Shown here piece by piece: positions 1 through 10,800 of a DNA stretch of 64,000 nucleotides (the first letter of the stretch is position 1; each line of letters opens with the position of its first letter). The DNA lies in assembly GCF_003704095.1 (NCBI RefSeq), contig NW_020845300.1, positions 496,001 through 560,000 on the forward strand, written 5' to 3'. Both the position numbers and the translations under genes were made by a program. The notes beneath the pieces were generated by a model, which was not told where the DNA came from, made no database searches, and was given only the letters and a program-made list of their open reading frames with translations. The DNA comes from Pocillopora damicornis. Its lineage: Eukaryota.

Positions 1-3000
1 TAGGCCCCCATTTGAGAATTTCCTGTAGGAACAGATTCTGTCGCAGAGGCAGCCTGTGGTTGGCTTGTTACATTAGAAGTTGGTGTTGCTGTGCTTCCTT
101 GAGAGGTTTTCTCCTTTTCACTCTCTCCCTTTGAAAAGAAAAGAGAAAGTTATCATGATATTGTAATGTAAGGAAAGGATGAGACAAATCACATTTTGAT
201 GAAATCTTGGGGCCAGCCAGAGGACTTCTCGTGATGTACATACCATTTACTAACCTAGTTTTCTTGGTCTGTTCTGTAAGTTACAAACTGAAATTTTCTG
301 CTCTGATTTATGACCGAGTGGAAAAACAAGGTTCAATAACTAACAGTGCAGACTGAGGAAATGAAGTTCATAAGATATTATCATATCTCTGGATTCCAAA
401 AAAGTGTAAAAGTTTTCAATTCAAACAAACTTTTGAATTCATTGGGCCGTACAGTAAAATACAATCATAGCACACATACAGACTGAAAGATGTTACAAAG
501 AGTATTACTTCTCCACCTGGGAGGAAAATTAGTTAGTCATACAGTACCCCCACAGCAGTGTTTCAGATTAATGTCTGAAGACATGCTGGCCTTAATATGG
601 TCAGCCAGCAAGACTCTGGATTGAAAGGTCATTCATTGTTTTGTTCCTGTCTTAGAAAAGAAACCTCACTCATGTACTTTCACATCCATGAATTGATATG
701 GGTACAGTGAAACAGTCCAGAAAATCTGCTCCCCTCCACCGAGAAAAATCATTTTCACTCCTAAGAGCCAAGTATATCTATTCTCTGCACTGCCAACCAT
801 ACATTTTTTAAGATTTTAGCTTTGAGAATTTGATGTGAAATCAAACTACCAGAACATCCCTTGGTGTTTATTGTTCCTCCCTCTCCTCACCTGTTTGCTC
901 AAATATGTATTTTAATAATATTCAAGGGTAGAGTGTACCTCATTCTTGGTCACCCCTATGAGTGAGAGGGTATAAATGGGCTCTAGCAGTTTGTCTGGGA
1001 AACCAGAAGTAATGACCAGGGATAACCAGCTACCAAAAAAGGCATTCCATCCAGAAGAATACTAAAAGACTGCAGTTGCTCATAACTAAGAAAACCAGGA
1101 TATGCTCATGCAGTTATACAAGTTATTCTAATTGTATCCAGACTATCCTACTCTTTTTCTATACTGCCTCACCTTAAATGTGATTTGTGCAGCTAATTCT
1201 ACAGCTTCCCTTTCTGCTTCCTTAGATGATGAATCACCTAAAATGCATAATTCAAATACAACTTGCCTGTCAAGAGCAAACTTAACACCAAAGCCATCAT
1301 ATTATTTGTTAACTTGTAACTTGAACAGCATCTTATTTTCTGTGCTAAATTGTCAATGATCCTTTGGCTTGATGTTCAAAAAACAGGTTAGTAGTAAGAG
1401 TAAATAATTTCCATTCTCTGATTTTACAGAATGTTGTGGTCATTTATTTCACAACCAGATCAAGAACTTGTTTCTTAATACATTTGGGAAAATAATCAGC
1501 TGACCTAGTTATGGTAAGTATAAATTATCCAAAACAACATACATGTACAGTGGCGGGTAGGACTACAGTGGTTTGAATAGCAAACAAACAATATCCAGTA
1601 GTAAAAAGAAAGCACACATACCAGAGGTCTCTAAGAGAGCAGTTTTCATACATCCTTCACAAGTATTACATTTCCAATCAAGTGATCTAAATGATACAAT
1701 TAAAATCGTTACAACAATCATTCAAAAAGAGTTCCAAAAGGTCAATCTTTACTTTCTCTACTGACATGAATGGTAAATCTCTTTTATGCTAGTAGTCAGT
1801 AGCACTCATATTTGTTCAATCAAGTTTTTGGAAGAGTGATAATGAGGTATTATTTTGGTTGGCTTAAATTACTCCCTTACAAAATCACAAAATGGAAGAA
1901 ACTTCTTGTCAACTACTAGCAGAAGAGAAGTACATGCATATATACACTCCAGAAACCATTTAACTTAACCTCCTTCCTCAAAAAAAATGTTACACAGTTG
2001 TGACAATAAGCACATTCTGTCACCAAGATGTTTTCACAATAGAGGAATTCAAATTCAAATTTTCATCTTATTTGGAGAAATTTTCCAAAGGAGAATTCAC
2101 TCTGTAGGAATACCAAATTTGCTGTTTTTTAATATCATCAATATATTCCTTATAACAAATCTGTATTCAGAATGAACCCTACACTAAGCAGACACAAGGG
2201 AAGGAGTCTGCCAAATAGAGGTTTCACTGCACAACACTCTTCTTAATCATAATAGAAAATACCATGAATTTCACTCACTTTTTGGCCAGAACCTTCCTTT
2301 CTTGTGGAGTATAGTCTAGTGATCCTATCGCTCCAGCTCCTTGCGTTGGCATAAATCCAATGATTGCCATGAGCACAGTGCGAACTATTGGAAAATCAAA
2401 ATGTCATGTATAAACCTTTTACACCCTAATATCAGTATGCATATTCTCCATACTGTTCTCTATACATTTCACAAGGTGCTGACAAGAAGAATTTGTTTTA
2501 CAATCAAGAGCTCCCTTAGATGGTGATCATTTCATTTATCTTCATGACCTTAACACATGATTCAAGGATGATAAGTGTAAGGAAAAATTAGATGCTGGTC
2601 ATTCTTAGGGATCAGAGGGTTAATGATACTACATTTTACATGTACAATCTATATGTAGAAAGTGAAACTAAATCTTGTCACTTTAGGCATCAGAAACTGA
2701 GATATTAAGCTACTACCAGATGGGGAACTAGGCTACTGGGCTGACTTCACTTAAGTTTTCTCCTGTAGTATGCTGACAAGCTTTTAATACTAGTGTTACA
2801 GTTGAAAAGTTTTAAACAATAAATACATTCACAGTGTATGTTCAAGATTAACAATGGTACTCACTGCTCCATGATGGTTGCCAAGTTTCAGGATGATGGG
2901 CTGACATACTGAGGCAAATTTTCTTTCCCACTTCAAATCGACCATTTGGCTGGTAGGCAAAGAAAGAACATTACATCAACTTTTTGTTTCCCAGCCATGA

Positions 3001-4488
3001 TGGTCAAAAGCTAACCAAAACAGAGGTTTCTAAAAACAGCCCTCTTGAAGTGACCAGAGTTTCAATTTTCAATCTCCAGGATAGAACAAATGCCAACATC
3101 ACATTTTATAAAATTCTATAAACCTGTGTTGCATTAATTGCAACAATGTAGTCGATGATTTTAATAAGGGGGAAGGGGNNNNNNNNNNAGAGATGAAGAG
3201 ATGCCATTTTCAGTCAAGTGTCATAGGCAGTTCAGGGATTTCTCTAGCTTTGTTACATAGTGATTTCTGACTGGTCCAGGAAACTTAAACCTATCTGCTG
3301 CTCACCCAGATGAAAAACTAACACCACAGTTCTAATTAGCTCCTTGTAATATTTAACTTTATCTAATTGCTTCTAGGATAACTTTGGTTCTGAGTTTGGT
3401 CACACAAAACTAAATTTAAATACATTATAATATGGTACTACTCTCATTTAATTAACATGCTGATCCTTTTACTCAATGCGAGTTTTACTTACAGTCAATA
3501 ACATAATACTTGGTGGTTTCATTGGATACTCTGGTGGCAGAGTTATTCTGCCATGATATCGTCCCCCAGCAAAGTCACTGTCAGGAGGGCCACGTACTGT
3601 GAAGTGCCATTCAAACAAATTATCCTGCAGTGATACAACCTCTTGTTATGACTCCATCATATGGCTATCATACTAGTACTACTATTTATTATCAAATTTC
3701 TCAGATACTATAGTATCTGAGTTGCTTTTCTGTCACAGCATCATACAGTAATAGCATTTAAACCCCTTGACCTTCCAGAAATTATCAAAATGTAACTTCT
3801 CCCTATACTATCCATACAATGTTTAGTAAACAGGTAATGAGAATACTCTCCAACTTTTCAGGAAGGGTTAGTAGTCATCTTCACCTAAAGTAGAATTCTT
3901 TTAGCTTATCTACAAGGAAATTTTCAGTAGCAAAAGGGGAGAATTAACAATCAGATCTTGGGAGTTAACGAGTTCAACTGCTGACTCTTCACCATCAACA
4001 AACAGGTTCTGCCATGATTACTAAAACAACCACAAGCAGCGACTGTCAGCCTCCGATTAAATTCTCGCTCTATGAGTGTACCATACTTTGCTAGAGACTG
4101 GTTCAAGACCCAGCACGTCATGTAAATATGCTTGCATTTCCACTACTACGTGCTGCATTTTAACATAGTTATACTCATATTCCTTCCGTGTTTCCAATGA
4201 ATTTCACGGACCCAAATTCATTGTTTACCTCCAGTGGTTGCGCAAAATACAGCTCTGTTGGTTGACTCAACTCCTTTGCTTCTCTCATCAAGCGTTTCAC
4301 TCCTAAAAATTGGAGTTAGAAAATCATAACAAGAACATCAAACCGAATTCATGACAAACTTGTACATGATGAAGAATGAAATAATCGAAATCTGTTTGGA
4401 GGAACGTTTTCAAAATTTAACTGTGATTTAACTGAGCTGCTCAAAAGAAATCGTTACCTGGACTTCTTAAATTATATCTTGCTTCCAT
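1..4488 (-). CDS. UBE2J1: Ubiquitin-conjugating enzyme E2 J1 (ERAD E2), multi-exon, 3' end beyond window start
   Basis: Hand-spliced GT-AG exons 4458-4488, 4229-4302, 3493-3624, 2865-2949, 2279-2384, 1622-1686, 1173-1237, <1-128 give MEARYNLRSPGVKRLMREAKELSQPTELYFAQPLEDNLFEWHFTVRGPPDSDFAGGRYHGRITLPPEYPMKPPSIMLLTPNGRFEVGKKICLSMSAHHPETWQPSWSIRTVLMAIIGFMPTQGAGAIGSLDYTPQERKVLAKK...ELAAQITFK. This is near-identical to recalled metazoan UBE2J1, including the catalytic Cys in KICLS. The ORF track misses it because the exons are short. Confidence 0.96.
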
Positions 4489-4634
4489 ACTGTAACAAAG
4501 GACAAAATTTTACGAACAAGACAGGTATAATATTACGGACGAACGCTCATCTCCTTTCCAACACTGACGGATGCTTGTTTGTATGTGCTCTGCCTACGTG
4601 TCGAACACTACGAGGAACAAGCCAGCGTACATAC

Positions 4635-4962
4635 TCGACCCAGTCTAACACGGAGTGCGACACGAAAGCGGCAAATTACAACGTCACGCAACTCAGGCAT
4701 TTCACGCAGCCTTATAAGATGGGAGAAAAGAAAAAGGAAAGAAAGAAAAGTAAGGTGGACGAAAAAAGAACAAAGCTATTAAGCGTGTAGTTTACTTCCG
4801 TATCTTGATGCCATTCGTGAAGGGAAAGTGCATTTACAGTAAAGGTTACTTTTTCTGCAGCTCATACCAGGTTTTACCGCGGCAGGCAAATCTAGAAACT
4901 TAGAATTTCATTGGATACCATTCGGGATATTTAAAAGCATATAAACAATCATCTAAAAAAAG
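4635..4962. promoter_or_regulatory. Probable bidirectional promoter with non-coding first exons of UBE2J1 (-) and the 429-aa gene (+)
   Basis: Both ATGs sit right after a splice acceptor (ttacag|tATG at 4490 on minus; tcaaag|ATG at 5516 on plus). Candidate donors face outward: |gtatgt at 4634 (minus) and AG|gtaagt at 4963 (plus). The stretch is CpG-rich and has an ETS-like ACTTCCG at 4794-4800. Confidence 0.55.
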
Positions 4963-4997
4963 GTAAGTGAGTAAAGAATGAAGAATAAATAGAGGGG

Positions 4998-5391
4998 TTA
5001 CCGGTCGTTTCGTATGCAGACTGTTGAGTCATTTCGTATCCTGTTAAGTCGTTTCGTACTCAAACTAATAAAGTATGTTTTTCTTGATAAGTATGTTTAA
5101 ATTTATGGTCGGTTTCTTTTATTGTGAATTGAAATATTACATGCATAAAATAATTTTTGTTTCCTAGTGTTCATTTTTGAAGTGCGACTACTTTGTGTGT
5201 CCAATTTACATCATCAACCAGGCGATAAAACCAAATCATGCAGCCAGTGTAAGGTACGCGCGAGGTATTTCGAATAAATGTTTATTAGGAGGGGTAAGAA
5301 TCAGGTAAGAATCAATCAGCGGTTTTGGCAAAAATCCACGAGTGATTTGGGTACGAAACGACTTAAGAGTGGGTTCGAATCGACCGGATAA
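4998..5391. mobile_element. MITE-like element in the 5' UTR intron of the orphan gene
   Basis: Imperfect terminal inverted repeats ttaccggtcgtttcgta / ttcgaatcgaccggataa, with subterminal GTCGTTTCGTA repeats. Confidence 0.55.
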
Positions 5392-5516
5392 CATTAGAGG
5401 AGCGCGCGCACAATAATGTATTATGACAATAAATTGATTGTATATTTATCAACTTCAATTGTTCGCTGACGTCGTAAACGTATCGTGGTAGCTTAAACAC
5501 ACACACTTTTTCAAAG

Positions 5517-6806
5517 ATGCTCGAAGAGGCTGATCAATGCTCTGAGGGGGAAAGTGCCTTTCCGGGTCTAATAACACAGGATCGTGAAGAAAACTCAATA
5601 TTACGAAGAATTATCGGAGCCAACAAAGGCAAAGCGCGCCGATCGAGAAGTTTCATTCGAGCACAACAGGAAGCTATAGATCTAGTTCTTGATCCTGGAT
5701 TGCCCGAAGTTTTCAAAGTGAAAGAGGAGCCGGAAAACGGATCACAACTGAAATCACTTCATTTTGCCAATATGCAGAGAAGGTGCTCCGAAATATCAAA
5801 ACACCGACTCTCGCGATCGCTCTCTCACGATTTATACAAGCCTGATAACAAAGCAATTTGTGTAAAGGGGGTGAAGGATGGAGAATTTCTGGAGAAAGAA
5901 CAACTGGGAGAAGTAAATGATGAAGTTAGCGCTGAGGTAACTCAGGGGGTAGATGGTCGGCCATTGAAATCACTCCATTGGAGAGCGCTGGACCAGAGGC
6001 ATAACTGCAATGGTAATTCTTGTGAGAAATGCAAGCGAGTTCTTGAAGTAAAAAAAGCTGTGGACAGATTTGAAGCAATTAGAGCTGCAAAACAAGTACT
6101 CCAAGAAAGCAGGAGCAACGAGAAGACCGAAGACGAAGACAGTAACGAGTTTGGAGAGAGCTTGCAGAAAATCAAACGGGAAGAAAGATTTTGCAGGAAT
6201 ATGGCGCTAGCACCGAACGCGCGAACCAGGGTTCAGAAATCCAAGACCCCAGCAGCGCAGGATGTCAGGCGCGTTCACTCAGGTGGTAATTGTAAGTGGG
6301 CTCAACCAGTGCTGAGTGAAATGCCTACACGTGTACATAAGGAGCGTGCTTTTAATAACAACTCACGCAGTTCAACTCCTAAACCTGAAGAAGGGGATTT
6401 AGTGTTGGAAAGAGAAAGGCGCAGTAGCCTTACTTGTGCCTCTAAACTTAAATTTATACGCGAGTATTTGGATGATGAGCCTGACTTCGAGTCTGAGGAG
6501 ATAACTTCAGCTGATTTAGCTCCCAGGTCTCAGACAGACATTGTGTTCACTCTTCCCTGTTCATACGAGCGACGATTTGTTCGACCCAAGCCTCTAAATC
6601 CAAGAATTGTACTCCTAGACATGGCATGTGAGGAAATCGATGAAAAGCCGGCATCCAGTTTTGAGAAGGGAGGCGGAATAACATTCTTCCGAAAGTTTAT
6701 TACCGTCAAGTCCTTAGTTCGAAGATATCACAGTACAGAATCCGACAGCGGGTGTGGGAGGGCTATTCCTAATCAGGATCTGGACGAAAAAAGGGCTGCG
6801 TCATAA
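5517..6806 (+). CDS. Uncharacterised 429-aa charged, probably disordered protein (single coding exon)
   Basis: Intact 1290-nt ORF with an acceptor immediately before the ATG. No domain recognised. It has an internal repeated motif LKSLH[FW] and a decayed duplicate at 8987-10351. Confidence 0.85.
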   Translation: MLEEADQCSEGESAFPGLITQDREENSILRRIIGANKGKARRSRSFIRAQQEAIDLVLDPGLPEVFKVKEEPENGSQLKSLHFANMQRRCSEISKHRLSRSLSHDLYKPDNKAICVKGVKDGEFLEKEQLGEVNDEVSAEVTQGVDGRPLKSLHWRALDQRHNCNGNSCEKCKRVLEVKKAVDRFEAIRAAKQVLQESRSNEKTEDEDSNEFGESLQKIKREERFCRNMALAPNARTRVQKSKTPAAQDVRRVHSGGNCKWAQPVLSEMPTRVHKERAFNNNSRSSTPKPEEGDLVLERERRSSLTCASKLKFIREYLDDEPDFESEEITSADLAPRSQTDIVFTLPCSYERRFVRPKPLNPRIVLLDMACEEIDEKPASSFEKGGGITFFRKFITVKSLVRRYHSTESDSGCGRAIPNQDLDEKRAAS

Positions 6807-7828
6807 AATCTTAGTATTTTTAACTACTACGAAAATTTTTAGTTCAGTTGGTTCCGACAGTTTAACTGAATAAACCTATTTGCTAAATGTTGCAATCATC
6901 TTGGGTATGTTTTTTATTGAAATTAATTATGAAAAAAAATACCTTATTCATCATCCCTTGAAGTTTGGCGAGTATAGCTGTAAAAATATTGATTCCAGAA
7001 AACAAAGCGCCTTCGCAAAAACTTTTATAACGCTGCTTAGCACAAAAGAGCAATTGAGCAAAGAAACTTATAATTATTTTTAACTTTTCAACGAAGGATT
7101 CTATTAAGAACATGAACCGGTTCATTCTAAAAAAGAATTAATTAACATATATTTTGTTTTAACTCAGAGCAAGCCTTCTCCATTTGCTCTTTATTCAGGT
7201 GAGATGGATTTGTGCTAGGCGTGTACAATGGAGGTTCGCAAACGTTTCTCCCGTGTATCATAAATATTTTGCTTGACTTCAATAATTCTTGTATTTCCTA
7301 GTAAGCTACTGAATAATTTGGGTACACACATCTATTAAATATCTCATTTTTCTAAAATAGCCTATATATAATTAACTAAACTAACCAAACAGCGGTCGTT
7401 TAAGTGCCACATATATAATTTTGTTTTTGTGGTGCAAAAGAAAGCCACATTTCTGGTACTGGTATAAATATTTCCTAACAATTAATGTAGACAAATATCA
7501 GTAGAACTGTTAAAATTTCAACAACGCTTTTTCAACACATTTTTCGTGTATGAGTGCAACTAGCCTCCTTTGAAACTGTCGTTCGGTTTGCAACGCTCCA
7601 CTCAGACTGAGTACAAGTTGCGTAACGAAGACAACGTTAATGCGTGCATAAATACATTCACGATTCACTATTCAATCATTCAGTCAACAAAAAAACCTCG
7701 TGTGTATGACATAAGAATCCTTCTTCAAGTTACAATAGTCTCACTACTCTAATGATCAGTAAACGCGTTGCTCGTGAACCCAGTTATTTGCTATTCTAAA
7801 CGACCAGCGGTTTCATAACTTCACGCGA

Positions 7829-10800
7829 CTAAAACAACTGATCGTCTTCATCGTCATCTCCTTCGACGATGGCATCAAGTTTCTTGACAATTCCCGCCAA
7901 CATCTTATGTATCTCCTCCTGGTTACACTGCATTGTTTTCAAGCGATTCTTCATTCCTAGCACAGTCTCTTGGAGTTCATCCGTTCGGTCTGACAACACT
8001 TCAAGGGACGACTACAACAANNNNNNNNNNNNNNNNNNNNNNNNNNNNNNNNNNNNNNNNNNNNNNNNNNNNNNNNNNNNNNNNNNNNNNNNNNNNNNNN
8101 NNNNNNNNNNNNNNNNNNNNGAGGGTGAGAGTGAATTTTATCACAAGAGGACTGTTTTGATGAACGACTAATATTTCGCCATCAAGAGCAGGCTCGTGGT
8201 CACAATCAGGCGGGAGTTTTCCTTAAAATGGAATTGAGAACTCAGAAAAAAGAAGTAGTGTAGAAAAGTGGCTCTCTGCAGGGAGACTTGTACTCTCTTC
8301 TTTGGTATTTGACTCTCAACTTAAACCTCTGACTTTTGATTTTCNNNNNNNNNNNNNNNNNNNNNNNNNNNNNNNNNNNNNNNNNNNNNNNNNNNNNNNN
8401 NNNNNNNNNNNNNNNNNNNNNNNNNNNNNNNNNNNNNNNNNNNNCTTTGCTGCTATCTTGTTGTAGTCGTCCCTTGAAGTGTTGTCAGACCGAACGGATG
8501 AACTCCAAGAGTCTGTGTTAGGAATGAGGAATCGCTTGAAAACAATGCAGTGTGACCTGGAGGGGTTACATAAGATGCTGGCGGGAGTCGTCAAGAAACT
8601 TGATGCCAACGTCGAAGGAGACGACGATGAAGACGATAAGTTGTTTTAGTCCGTGACTTTTTGTGATAAACTGTTCGCTCTTTAGAGCAGGCTACATCCG
8701 TCGAAGGGGTAACAAAGCAATTATAAGTTTCTTTGCTCAATTGCTCTTTTGTGCTAAGCAGCGCGATAAAAGTTTCTGTGAAGGCGCTTTGTTTTCTGGA
8801 GTCAATATTTTTACAGCTTCGCCATACTTCAAGGGATGATGAATAAGATATATTTTTTTTATAATCAATTTCAATAAAAAAACATGCTCAAGATGAAGTG
8901 CAACATTTAGCAAATAGGTTTATTCAATTAAACTGTCAGAACCAACCGAACTCAAAATTTTCCTAGTAGTTAAAAATACTAAGATTTTATGACGCAGTCC
9001 TTTTTTCGTCCAGATCCTGATTAGGAATAGTCCTCTCACTCCAGCTGTCGGATTCTGTGCTATTAAATCTTCGAACTAAGGACTTGACAGTAATAAACTT
9101 TCTGAGGAATGTTATTCTGCCTCCCTTCTCAAAACTGGTTGTCGGCTTTTCATCGATTTCCTTACCTACCATGTCTAGAAGTACAATTCTTGGATTTAGA
9201 GGCTTGGGTCGAACAAATCGTCGATCGTACGAACAGGGAAGAGTGAACACGATGTCTGTCTGAGACCTGGGAGCTAGATCAGGTGAAGTTATCTCCTCGG
9301 ACTCGCAGTCAGGCTCATCATCCAAATACTCGCGCTTAAATTTAAGTTTAGAGGCACAAGTAAGGCTAATGCACCTTTCTCTTTCCATCCCCAAATCCCC
9401 TTCGTTAGGTTTAGGAGTTGAACTGCGCGATTTGTTATTAAAAGCACGCCCCTTATATACACCTGCAGACATTTCACTTAGTACCAGTTGATCCCACTTA
9501 CAAATACCACCTGTGAGAACACGGCTGACATCCTGCGCAGCTGGGGTCTTGGATTTCTGAACCACAGTTCACGCGTTCAGTGCGAGCGCCATACTCCTGC
9601 AAAATCTTCCCGTTTGATTTTTTCCAAGCTCTCTCCAAACTCGTCACTTTCTTCGTCTTCGGTCTTCTCGTTACTCCGGCTTTCTTGGAGTACTTGTTTT
9701 GCAGCTCTAATTACTTCAAATCTGTCCGCAACCTTTTTAACCTCAAGAGCTCGCTTGCATTTCTCACAAGAATCATTATTGCAGTTACGCCTCAGGTTCA
9801 GCGATCTCCAGTGGAAAGATTTCAAATCTATCCGCAGCTTTTTTTACCAAAAGAACTCGCTTGCATTTCTCACAAGAATCACCACTGCAGTTATGCCCCT
9901 GGTTCAGCGATCTCCAGTAGAGAGATTTCAATTGCCGACCATCTACTCTCTGAGTTACCTCAGTGCTGACTTCACCACTTACTTCTCCCAGTTGTTCTTT
10001 CTCCAGAAATTCTCCATCCTTCACCCCTTTACACAAATTGCTTGGTTATCAGGCTTGTAATAATCGTGAGAGAGCGATCGCGAGGGTCGGTGACTTGATA
10101 TTTCAGAGCACTTTCTCTCAATATTGGCAAAATGAAGTGATTTTAGTTGTGATCCGTTTTCCTGCTCCTCTTTCACTTTGAAAACTTCGAGAAATCCAGG
10201 ATCAAGAAGTACATCTATAGCTTCCCGCTGTGCTCGAATGAAACTTCTCGATCGGCGGACTTCACACCACTGAATTTTCTTCACGATCCTGTGTTATTAT
10301 ACTCAGAAAGGCACTTACTCCCTCAGAGCATTGATCAGCCTCTTCGAGCATCTTTGTGAAAAATAAAAAAAAAAAAAATGAAAAAATGTCAGTGAATGAC
10401 ATCGTCATGATACATAATCGTGCGCGCGCTCCTCAAAATGATATTCGGTCAATTTGTACCCACGTTTGAATCGTTTCGTACCCAAATCACTTGTGGATTC
10501 TTGCCAAAACCGCTGATCGATTCTAGCCTGATTGTTAACCCTTCCATGATTCATTTCCTCTTCCCTTGCATGATTTGGTTTTATCGCCTGGTTGATAATG
10601 TAAATTGGACTCACAAAGTAGTCGCGCTTCAAAAATGAACACCAGGTCAACAAAACGTATTTAACGCATGCAATATTGCAATTCACAATTAAAAAAAGGC
10701 GACCTTAATTTAAACATACTTGCCATGGAAAACATACTTTATTTGTTTGGATACGATACGACCGAGCTGGGTACAAAATGACACAACCGGCTGGGGGTTT

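Noticed and set aside
7869-8609. ORF-track peptides starting MASSFLT
   Set aside because: They are antisense shadows of the TRPA1 terminal exons and run into N gaps.
9488-10060. 190-aa plus-strand ORF
   Set aside because: Antisense frame of the pseudogene.
5021-10790. Giant palindrome formed by the orphan gene and its inverted copy
   Set aside because: The inverted arm is a gap-bounded contig (8444-11357) that also carries a paralogous TRPA1 last exon. Mis-orientation is more likely, given the demonstrated misplacement at 18.5-20.3 kb.
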